NCBI GenBank assembly: GCA_964035545.1 | Contig: OZ037766.1 | Location: 13,196,722 to 13,260,721 of the forward strand | Length of the DNA: 64,000 bases | DNA from: Bugula neritina | Taxonomy: Eukaryota; Animalia; Bryozoa | Reading direction: 5' to 3' | Shown: one piece after another, positions 53,056 to 64,000 of the stretch | How the letters are laid out: every line of letters starts with the position of its first letter | Position numbering within the stretch: the first letter of the stretch is position 1 | Made by a program: the position numbers and the translations under genes | Notes under the pieces: generated by a model | The model's input: only the letters and a program-made list of their open reading frames with translations | What the model was told of the DNA's origin: nothing | The model's database searches: none

Positions 53056-53305
53056 AGTTATCCTAAAAAATACATTTTACAAGGCAAGTCAAGTTCTAAT
53101 GTAAAAAAAACATTGAAATGGCACACAATTGCTGTGTGGTAGCAAAAATGCATAAATCCTCACGCACTTTCTTCATATTACAAACTCTAAGTTGTTAGAA
53201 AGACAAAAAACATTGCATATATGTTAATCAAATAACTATGCCCTTACAGAAGAATGTACCATGTGTCTGAAGTAGCAGAAAACTCAACATGCTGCTGAAA
53301 CTTAC

Positions 53306-53343
53306 TTTGGGGTAACTTTGGCCATGGCCAAAGTTACCCCAAA
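53306..53343. repeat. 38-bp perfect palindrome of the TIR core motif inside the transposon
   Basis: TTTGGGGTAACTTTGGCCATGGCCAAAGTTACCCCAAA. Confidence 0.95.
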
Positions 53344-54527
53344 TTCATCCAAATTTGCACACAGCAATTTAAAAAGGCATGTTTTGATTTTTAATTTCAA
53401 CGAAATTACTAAAATGATAAATAATATGGTTAAATACTTACCAAAGTTCTTTATTTAAAAATAAATGAAAAGTTGAGTTTCTCCAATACCTTCAGATAGA
53501 CGAAAGTTGGACAGTGCTGAAAACCATGTGGTCAAACAAGAAAATTTAAATGGCCAACAGCAAGAATGCAGCAAATGATTATCACAATTATTTTTTAAGA
53601 ATAGGATGCACCAATCTACAATTATTGCAAATATACAATTACAATATCTTTAGACTTCATAGATATAGCACCAGCTACATTTTAAACATTTTTCCAAAAA
53701 CGGCCAAAGTTACCCCAAGTGGCTAAAGTTACCCCATTTTACGGTATAGTATTTCAAGTATAATAATCACTATAATTGCATTAAAGAAATGATCATCAGC
53801 ATTGTATTACATTGTCATTGTATCCAACTGGTCATGTTATTAACAGAAAATGCATACCAAAATAAAAGTAATTCGCCCATTGTGCAAGATTCAAAAGACT
53901 CAGGTGCTCCATATATAACCAGAGTTTAATGCAGGTAACTAACAAATATGTTTTAGTGTTAAATGCAAGGAGTTATTTTCCTCTATCAATAACTAGAATA
54001 TTCTATACAAGTACAAGTGTACCTGTAAATGTCAGATAATATAATGTTTCTAATTATATAGTATAAAAAGCTGCTTAGAATAAATATAAAACCATTAGAA
54101 TTCAGATATGTTCAAATAAATGTGTAAAAAAGCAATATGTGTGCAATTTAGTAGACTACCAATTACAATGAGTGTTCTACCATCTAAAATAATATTGTCG
54201 GAAGTTTTAGTAAGCTTTCCCCTTAAAATTTTGGACTAAACATGTACTAGAGACAAATGGTGACATAAAAACATAATAAGTCTTCCATACTGCGACTTTC
54301 AAAATTAAGTTGTCCCAAAAATTTTGAAATGTATTGTTAATAAAACTATGCCTAATTTGAATAAAATAGACTACTCTACAAATAAAATAACATATCACTA
54401 GAAAATAGCATTGCAGAAAATCGTAAATCTTTTGTAGAAAAAAGAGCTTTCAGCCAAAATAGGTAATTTATTCTAGAATCTAGAAGATGATGCTAGAAGA
54501 TGATGCTTAAATAACTCAACTTTCCTC

Positions 54528-57500
54528 TTATGACAGAGCTGATGCTTCTACTGGATCTGCATAGACATTTCTGGTGCTCTGAATTTCTTTTAAACAAGTT
54601 TTGCTTTTGCAGTCTTTGATAGCAGAGTTTGGAAGCTGAGGTAAAATGAAAGATAAAAAATATATAACAATGAAAATAACACTCCATCAGTGAGGTTAGT
54701 ATTGTAACACTTAAATGGTAAGAGTTTGCTTCATGCATTTAAGCTAGTAGTCCACATTGGGCCATCATCTGAAATAAATGCAGCTGTTTTACTTCACCAC
54801 ATGCATGCTTGAAGCAATCAGTGCATAAAAAGATGTTATTTGATTTAAGTCAAAGTGTATAAATATTACCAAAAAACCAATGAGTACATTTTTCGAACAA
54901 ATTTAAATCTTGAAAAAAATTGCAGTATGTTAGTAGCCGACCTATCTGATGAATCAATGTGAGTGAGGTCATCATTTATAGATTAATTGTAAAATGTTAC
55001 AAATAACAATTTCGCTAATATATACTATTCCCTTACCTACATACCATATTAATTGGCTTGTATTTTGGGTGATGATCTATTACAGGGTCATTATTTTTGG
55101 TGTTGTATGCGATCAGATATGCCCATCTTCTTCTATCACTATGGTTCTGATCACTTCTGTGAACAAAATTATTTAGACGGTTATAATTTTAATGTCATAC
55201 GTGGCTATAATTTTATGATATAGAATCAAAATTGCAGAGTATTGACTAGTTTTAGTATTGGAAATATGTAACATGAAAAGTTGTTCATCCCAAAAATAAA
55301 GTAATTACACTATAAATCAAAGGCTAAACAAAAAATTAGAAGCTCCAACTAATTAAAAATCTACATATCTATATCTATCAATATTTTATATTGATACATA
55401 TTAAAGAAGATGCAACTAATCGTTGCTTTAATTGTGGGAGTCTAGCCAACAAAAATTTCGAAAATCAAGTTTGGTTTAAATGAAATAATGTGCGAGTATG
55501 GCATACAAACATACCCTGAGCACTTAACAGTCACTTTACTAGCATTGTTGTGCACTGAGATGATGTACTATATATGCATTATATATGTATACAAGAAAAT
55601 TCTGGCCCAAATTCAGCATTAATTTTGCAGAACAGATTTCAATTTATAAGCAAAAAGATAGAAAATTATGTCACAGCTATAACAATAAAGTAATAGAACC
55701 AAACAACAACAAACTGGGTATAACTTTTAGTAAAGCTAAAGAATTGAGAGTATAACTCCTTATACTGGCATAAATATTATTTTTATAGCACTAGTTTGTG
55801 TCTCCAAGGAGTTTCAGAAATGATAAAAGAACCATATACCGGTTTGAATATTTCATGTATAACAGTTTTACTAAAACATTTTTTCATATGACTTGTACAT
55901 AATTGTGCAAAAAAACTGATTTTTGTAGCATGCATTGAAACAGAATTATTAAAAAATTATATTTAGAATTTGTATCTACCAACACCAAAATAGCTCATTG
56001 TGTATACTATAGACAGAATCACTTCTAAAATTAAGAATTATCCTGCATTGAGAATATAACCCCTTCTATACTGACCTGTGTAAAATATTAGAATGAAAGA
56101 ATAGTGCATCCCCTGCATTCATCTCAACATGACATAATCCTAACTTTTGCTGAAGGTACGAAACTCTGTCTTTATCCGCTCCTGCTTGATCTCCAATCCT
56201 TACATGGTCTATCCGACCAGCTTTGTGAGACTTTGGTACGACCTGTTACAGTATTTTAAATTTAAGATATTACATTCGTTATAACCATAGTGTTATAATA
56301 ACAACAGTAAATTGAGCCTACAATAATGCATTGATGCAAGCTTTCACTCTAATATCAAAGAAATAATTTCATACTCTGTATTATATGCCAACTGTCTCTT
56401 TTGCCAGTATCACTACGATTATACCTATCACAACTGAGAAGATATGGCGAAGCATTTGAAAATCTTTATTGCTTATTGATTAAAAGAAACTCTTTAAATA
56501 TAATATTGCCAAATTTTAAAGTCAAAAATTGCATTAAAAACTACTAGCCTACAACTAGAGACAATTAATACATTATTTTCTGACGAGTTGTGCACATCCA
56601 AATCAACTGCTGCTAATCTCTATACAAATTAGCAGCAGTTGAAGTCTGAAGGACAAATGATTTAATTACGTTGATTATATTATTTTCAAGCTGTCCCAGC
56701 CATTTCTCTGAGGCTATTATCAATTATTATATTAAAACTTGCTCCTAACGATAAATAATTTCGCAATTGAACAAGCAACATTCTTGAGTACTTAAACTAC
56801 TACTGACAGACTACAGGCTTGAATATAAACAGATAAATATTAAATAAAAACAGATCTGTCACGGTATACACAAAGTCAGTTGTTATATAAACTAATTAAA
56901 TATAAACACTACCTTCAGACAGCCGTTGCCTTGATCTGTATCATCTATAGGTATGAACACAGTTCCCATGTCAGGAAATAGGCAGCCATTTTTATACCAA
57001 TACCTACATATTTCAAACAACACAGAACTTGCACTGCAGTATAATAAATAGCCAATAAGTTTGCATAGAACATTCATTTTACGTAGATATTTTTATTGTG
57101 CCATCTATCAGAGCATTACCAAAAGGGTGCAATTAATTATGTTACCCATAATCTTGGTGCCAGGTATGAGCTCCTCCAGTTTTAGCATCTTTCATAATCA
57201 ACTTGGCATGATAGTGATAAACCTCATCCTTCAGTAACTAAAATATAGATAATAGTGCCAATTGATTAAAAACTTCAAGAAATCTCTGTGTTGGAGACAT
57301 AAAAAATATTTCTATACAAAAGGTTCCTATGTAGAACATAAGTTAAATATTACTATGACTCTAATTGTATCTAACATTATAAACAGGGCCATATTAGAAG
57401 AATAAAACATGCTTATATACACTATCACAAGTATTTAAAAATATAACTCTTATTTTAACTAATATTATAAACAGGGCCATATTAGCAGAGTAAAATATGT

Positions 57501-57909
57501 TATATACTTGAAATTAAGCTGAAATTAAACACCTTCTGAAATGTCCCAGCAACTTTTTCAGATCTGGAAATCACTCCAGTGATGTCATCAGCAAGCTCTT
57601 CCCATAATGCAATTTTAGCACTTCTGCCTTCCCCTACAAATATTCAAGATAGTAAAGACAAACTGGTGACACAATTGGTTAATTGCCGATAATAAAATAC
57701 TGAGAACCATTACTAACCATCCTGTCTCCCATAACAGGAAGACAACAGATCTGAGTCATTCTCAACAGTTTGGCGTAGCAGCATTATCTCTTGGTTGTCC
57801 AACAGCTTTCTACAAAATGAGCTAAACATGTTATTACGTAATATTTAGCTTTTGCAATATACATGGGTGTGTGCGTGTACACACACACACGCATGCACAC
57901 ATATATATG

Positions 57910-57940
<31 letters not shown>

Positions 57941-58104
57941 TAAGGAATGAATTGAACAGTGTTATAAAATAGCAGTGAAACTCCCAGAACTAGCAGCTGA
58001 TGCTAGTACCTCACTAAAATGCATCCAAAGTTTTGAAAATCCAGAATTACTTCTTCAGTAACATCAAACCCATCATCTCCAGCGAGATATTCGGGCAAGC
58101 TCAT
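54528..58104 (-). CDS. PhyH-family Fe(II)/2OG dioxygenase, copy B, 8 exons, ~285 aa
   Basis: Exons 58104-58010, 57809-57718, 57633-57533, 57237-57146, 57003-56913, 56242-56076, 55156-55045 and 54635-54528 (858 nt). Same intron positions as copy A; HQD...H triad intact. Confidence 0.88.
57866..57940. repeat. Compound (TG)n/(CA)n/(TA)n microsatellite in intron 1 of dioxygenase B
   Basis: Directly visible. Confidence 0.9.
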
Positions 58105-60990
58105 GATAGTATAACCTAAAACTAGCAAATTCCAAGTATATAAAAATGATAACAGTAAATATTAAGTATTTTAAAATGTTCAAGTACGGTTATGAGTATC
58201 TGTAAAGTTTCATAAATTTCATCAACACACTCCGGGTACAAAATCACTTAGTTCTGTGAAATGTAAGGTAGACAAAAAAGGAATTTGAATTATTATTTTC
58301 ACAAATATTCAACTAATCAAAACAAAAACATAACGAATCCGTATATTTATATTGCCTTTAATCTACACCATGTCCTAAATATGCCCCAATTTTAAGAACC
58401 ATAAACTTAAAGTAAAAGTTTAATGAAAGCGTTTGCTGATCAATAAAACTAAAAGTAAATAGAAACTGAAATGTAGTTAGAGTTATTGTAAGTGTATTAC
58501 ATTTGTATAACTTAGTTGTTAACTATAAGTACTACTTATTACTATTAGCATAAGTATTGCTATTACTATTAGTATTACTATTAGTAATACTAATAGTATA
58601 ACTAATTAACTTATAAGTATAACTATAACTATAAGATTAAGCATTGCAATTAATGAATTATGTTTATAGTTGCTAAATTACTATCAGTTGCTACTCTTAG
58701 TATTACTATTGGTCTTATAGTTATGTATCAGTATTATAACCTTGTTGCAAAGTTATAAAGCTATAACATTTGTCTTTGACAAAAATTTACTAAATTATAT
58801 TTCACCTTAAGCTCGCCGGTTATAGTCTTATAACTCTTATAAGATTCCATCTCCAAATTTTGCGACTGCTAGTACAAGCAGTTTATACTGTAATGAATTA
58901 GAGCCAATTAAAAGCAATATGTCTAGTTATGAAATGTTAGAAGTGAGATAGCGAAAATATATTATCTTTTGTCAACTTAGGGTTATACATTTGCCTTTTA
59001 AGTTAGAGGCTGGTCGTATACGCGGTAGACTATAAGCTAATAGTTCTGGAGGCAATAGGTGACTATGATTGGTTATATTATTATATCGAATGCATAGCGG
59101 CTCAAGTAGAGAGCTTTTGTTCTGATATGTTTCCGTTTGCCGAATAAAGTATTGTCGGTGCCCTCTAGTTCTACTCAAAGACCCGGAGTCGTAGCCACTT
59201 ATTAAGTTTTACCACAATTTATCAACTGGCATAAAAAGTTATTAACAAAATCATTTAGTTTTTTCTTTATAAATTGTAAAATTTTGTTAAGATTGTAAAA
59301 TGTATTTTGTATATGAAATTATTATTTTATTATTGGTATGTAAAATTATTATTTAATTTTTATTCAACTTCTTAACCGTGAGTCAACGTCTGTTTTACTA
59401 ATAAATAAATAACTATTACTAATAGTGATAATTTAACTATTGTCTATTACTAATACTAATAGTATTAGTATTAATATAAGTATAAGACATAAGTATAAAA
59501 TAAACTCAAACTGTAACTGTAAGCATAGTTGAATTAATTTAAACTTCAACTTAAATAACTTTAAGTTGAAGTTAAAAACTAATAAATAATAAATAAATGT
59601 TTATAAGTATTACTATTAGTGTTAGTATAACACCATAAGTATAACTATAAGTGGAACCTAATAATAGTTAGTGTAACTGCAAGTATAATAATACTCATAT
59701 TAATAATAGGATTGTCATTATGATTATGATTAAGTTACTGTTGATGTTATACTTAATTCTTATTCTGATGCTTATAGTTATACTTACTATAGTTATAGTT
59801 ATACTTATAATCACTTACAGTCACACTTACTGTAAGTGTATAACTATAAGATTAAGTTATTTTAAGTTTAAGAAATATTTGATATAATGATATTAAATTT
59901 AATAATTTAAATTGAAATAATAAAATTAAATTAATCTTTTAGGGTTTGGGGATAGGTTTAATAGCTACAAGTAGTAGTACATTGAACAACATAACTTTAA
60001 AAAAAGAACCCTTGAATTTGTTTTAAATACAGTAATACTCATACTGATATTGAATTTGATAGTCATAGTTGATAATATCAATAATATAATTATAATAGTG
60101 CGGTAGAAGTTAGTTAGCTTGAAGTTTTTGATCATAATGCTGTAGTTTATAAGCTTTTATTCTTTCAATTTCTTTTTGTTAGCTATTACTAACTGTTTTG
60201 TAATTAGAATTTAATTTATGTTAATTATGCGCTGTGTATCTTCATACAGCATAAGGTATACTTCTAATAGTTATTGTCATAGAGCATTTTATACAAATTT
60301 ATTAGCCTGAGACCAGAGCAGGTAGGGTAAGTGTAACTTATGAAAAGTTGTAGATTTTTTGGAAAAGCAGAAAGGCACTTTTTATTGTCATTTAAATAAA
60401 TTTCTATTTCCAGAAGATCCAAAAAATACCACAAAAATCCAGAAAAGTGCAGTTAACGTTACGGAAATCTGTCTATCTAGTCATTAATTGACAAGGCGGT
60501 GCCTAATGCTAAAATATAAACTATAGTGGCTAAGATCTTAAGGGCTCAATAGGTTATAAACTTTGCATACCATACATGTAAGTGTTAAACAAAACAGAGC
60601 AAGTCTGCTATTGTTCTAAAAGCCCCTTGCTAAAGCAACATTTTTATATATAATCAAAATGCTTGGAACATGCAGATTTTAACCAACATAGTGTTGTGCA
60701 CACTGTATAAGTTTTACAAACTTCTAAAATTATCATTAAGATATTTTATTTCTCATTAATGTGATCTGTGTGAGGATGAATATTGTAAATAAATTGATTT
60801 TAGAACAAGGCAAATATTTTAAATTGATAAATAAACTGAAAGACATTTTTTCAAAGATAGTAGATCTCAAATAGTACTAGTCATTCATTGTTATCATATT
60901 TTCTGTATACATATAGAGAGTAAATAGTCACATGGTCATTTAGAAAAAAATACATCGCTATATATTTATTGTTTCCAATTTCAGTTCAAT

Positions 60991-63900
60991 ATGGTGAAAA
61001 AAGAGGCAAAGCATTCTAAATCTTCAGCTCTAAAACATTCCTTGAGGTGAAGCAATATAGATGATAAACAAATTTCAATTAATGGTCATATTTTCTAACA
61101 AACTATGTTTTTTGCAATACTGCAATTTTATTTATAATACCTCTGCTTACTTTGTCAGTTATAACAATTGAGTGAATGCAACCTACAAATATTGTAAAAT
61201 ACCAGTTTGGCTCAATTTAGAGAGAAGCCAATCGAAGAACCAGACATGGATGATCACTTGAGTGACTTCAAGTTGTATAAAGTAGCTGTATTAATGGGCT
61301 GTGTTGTGTTTATGGTATACTTCTGCACAACGTACCCATCTATTCCTGGGGGTGATTCTGGTAAGTAAAGTGCCCCAGTAGTTTTTCATTTAATGTAATT
61401 GTAGCATAAGTTAATTTTTAACTAAGCCTGGTTTATATGTAATTTGGCCACTTGTTTATTGGAAAACTTAGCTTCAATGTTTAAAACTAGGCAGTCGGTT
61501 TTGTGGCTGCAACTTACTCACTCATAGCATTGAAGTGAAGTCGCAAAAATCAAATTTAGATATAGTTTAATTCTAGACCAAGCGTGATAGGCCAAGGAAA
61601 ATTATTTTAGCTATAGTAGGTTTTTATCCAAATTCAAAAGACTATTTATAATTAATAGTGATAATGAATTAAGTTACAACTTTGAAAGTTGCTGCCTATT
61701 ATTGTTTTATAGTGTAATCTCCTTTCTTTTGATGTCCAAGCCAAAGTTTACAAGCTTCCTCTAAAATATTTAAATGTACTTTCATTAAACATGTGACCTT
61801 TAGTAAATAAGATAAAGGATTTTTACGGCTACTGTTTATCGTTTAATGTAAATATATTTAGTTTAAATATGCTGTGCTGTTTTTGATTTATTATTTTGAA
61901 ATTTTTCACGTTGCATATTATTAAGAAATACTCTGTAATTATATGTTGTGTTATGCATTTTTCAACACTTTTTAAATTGCTCTTTTAAATAAGCCAATAG
62001 AATCTGTTCAAAATTATTATATTTCTAAATTGATTATAATTATAGACGTTATAATTTTTTATAAATTTGATTCATAATAAGGCTTATTTGTTTCAAGCAA
62101 TTTAACAGCATAACTCAGAACAGTTTCATCAAATTATTATGATGTGTGTATAATTATTATTAGGAGAACTACTGTCTGCTGCGTGTGAGGGCGGAGTTGC
62201 CCACCCACCTGGATATCCATTGTGGACCATGCTATCTAGCCTGTTTATACTTATTTCACCAGCCTCACCTGCCTACAGTGTCAATATACTAACCTGCCTT
62301 TGCTCTTCCATTACGTCATCGGTGCTATTCCTCGTATTTTATAGGTAAGTCAGCAAGACAACAGCTCCCACACAAGACATTACTGTTCTATGTAAATTTT
62401 ACTCTTACCTTTTCAGGCATTTATTATCTAACTCAAGTGCATGCCCTAATTGTGCTATATGCCCTATATATTGTAGTCCATTTCCCACTTGGTTGGTCAC
62501 TTTACTGTAGGTTATGATTATGATTGTACAACCATAATCACATTTAGTAATTGCGTCACTCATCATATATAACATGCGTTTAATGTTTTTGTAGTCCATA
62601 ACTTTGGTTAGATTGATACTGTACTATTTTTCACATATTACATTTCAAAATATATTATGTTTAGCAATATGTGACGTACTTGGTACTTTTTTAGATTTTC
62701 TACAAGTTGGACGATAAGTATGATCTGCACCTTCTTGTTTTCATTCGCTCCTTTAATGTGGACTTGGTCAATCACTGGCGAAGTATTTGCTCTGAATAAT
62801 CTCCTCAACGCTGTAATAATTCTCGTTTTAGTTGAGTTTGAATTAGCAGAAAACAGAACTAGGAGGCATAAGGTAATTTCAGTTTAGCCACAAAATGTCA
62901 ATTTTTTAGATGATTCACTATCTGGCACTATATCGTTATAGTATTCATTTATTCCTTCCATCAACCACCGTTTTATAATATGATTGTTTAACAGAATATT
63001 TTATTAAAAATGTTAAAAGCGCTTATTGTCGATATTGAAGCAATGTGATAAATATTTTCTTTGTTGCAGGCGGTACAGTTGGGTGCGCTTATATCGGGAC
63101 TAGCATTGACTAATCAACACACCGTCGTGTTGTTCTTACCAGCCATCATGTGTCGTGTAGCTTACCGTATTCATCAACTCAATGTAAGCAGTTTACTCTA
63201 CCAAACTCTCTCTGACATATAATGATAACCCCATTCATAAATAACATTAGTTATGATTGTCATCAGCTCATGTCACTCAGTATTTGTAAGGAATGTTTTT
63301 TAATTTAATTTGTTTTTCTTGGTAGATTATATCAGAAATCAAATGTGATAGTGTAAAATAAAATATTGAACCATCTAAAGCCATTTTTACAATGCTGTGT
63401 CCAGATGTAGCTTGACTTCAAATTTCCTTTTACCACAAAATTTTGTAACTACCGAATCATTTTAGAAATGCTGCTCAATCACAGGATGTGATAACTTCCG
63501 ATTAAATATTAGCCATTGATGAACTCACATCAACAAACTTTTCTATATTAGCTGCTGGTGAACTAAAGGCTTCATCATAATGATGGAGAAATGAGTTGTT
63601 TTCAACTGTTCAGCAATTGAGTTGCTAGGCTTCCTTATTTCAACCTTTTTTATTAGCAGTTCAACAAGATAATTTTTAGCAACTCTCTAGTAACTATAAA
63701 AGTGACAAGCCACTACTTTTAGAGAATGAAGGAGCTCTTGCAGATGAATCATTATTATAATTTACATGAAGTGTTTGGCGTAGGAAGTATATATACTTTT
63801 ATGTTGTGTTATAGCTGGAAGCAGTTTGTTTGCAGCTTAAACAACTATTTTACAGGAGCTAAATGTCAAGGTAATAGTCTCAGTTTTGGCTTTAGCCTGC

Positions 63901-64000
63901 GTTGGCCTCTCCCCATACTCGTACCTGGTTATCTCCTCATATAGAAATACTGCCAGATGGAGCTGGGGTGATCAAACTACACTTTTTGGTTTCTTCAAAC
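60991..64000 (+). CDS. TMEM260: TMEM260 protein O-mannosyltransferase (DUF2723), 5' part, runs off the window
   Basis: Exons 60991-61046, 61221-61360, 62164-62344, 62695-62872, 63070-63183 and 63856->64000. Motifs [36 protein letters not shown] and WSWGDQTT. Confidence 0.92.

Larger units (their letters stand above)
50822..53744 (-). mobile_element. Full-length pogo-superfamily (DD35D) DNA transposon, 2923 bp
   Basis: 24-bp TIRs CCGTAAAATGGGGTAACTTT(G/A)GCC with one mismatch; TA duplication at 50820-50821 and 53745-53746; internal GGGGTAACTTTGGCC repeats. Confidence 0.96.

Noticed and set aside
5460-58104. Recent bacterial horizontal transfer or contamination for the redox genes
   Set aside because: All copies have multiple spliceosomal introns and host-like composition, and both families occur in animals.
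58935-59216. Definite solo LTR
   Set aside because: No TG...CA boundary pair with a matching target-site duplication could be found.

Overview
AT-rich, intron-containing animal genomic DNA, probably a marine invertebrate; the species cannot be identified from the sequence. Bases 1-3133 are one end of an endogenous Polinton/Maverick (adintovirus-like) element. It carries a Zn-ribbon/PLA2/integrase fusion ORF on the minus strand that runs off the window and is missing from the ORF track, an A32-type packaging ATPase, two ORFs sharing an MSVYKFG N-terminus (one fibre-like), and an ACTACT terminus. All four viral genes start at ATAAATG, and the terminal 104 nt fold into a near-perfect hairpin with a GAA loop. 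Next is a ~40-kb inverted duplication (arms ~3250-21457 and ~23364-43236, spacer ~1.9 kb) with patchy arm-to-arm identity. It holds two intact 7-exon FOXRED2-like flavoprotein genes lacking a signal peptide, plus a central orphan acidic gene (17 x AAAAESG) and its pseudogenised mirror copy. Downstream are two tandem 8-exon PhyH-family Fe/2OG dioxygenase genes separated by an intact DD35D pogo transposon, tRNA-derived SINE-like inserts, and the 5' part of TMEM260. Exon coordinates and alignments were read by hand; family assignments rest on motif recognition, not database searches.
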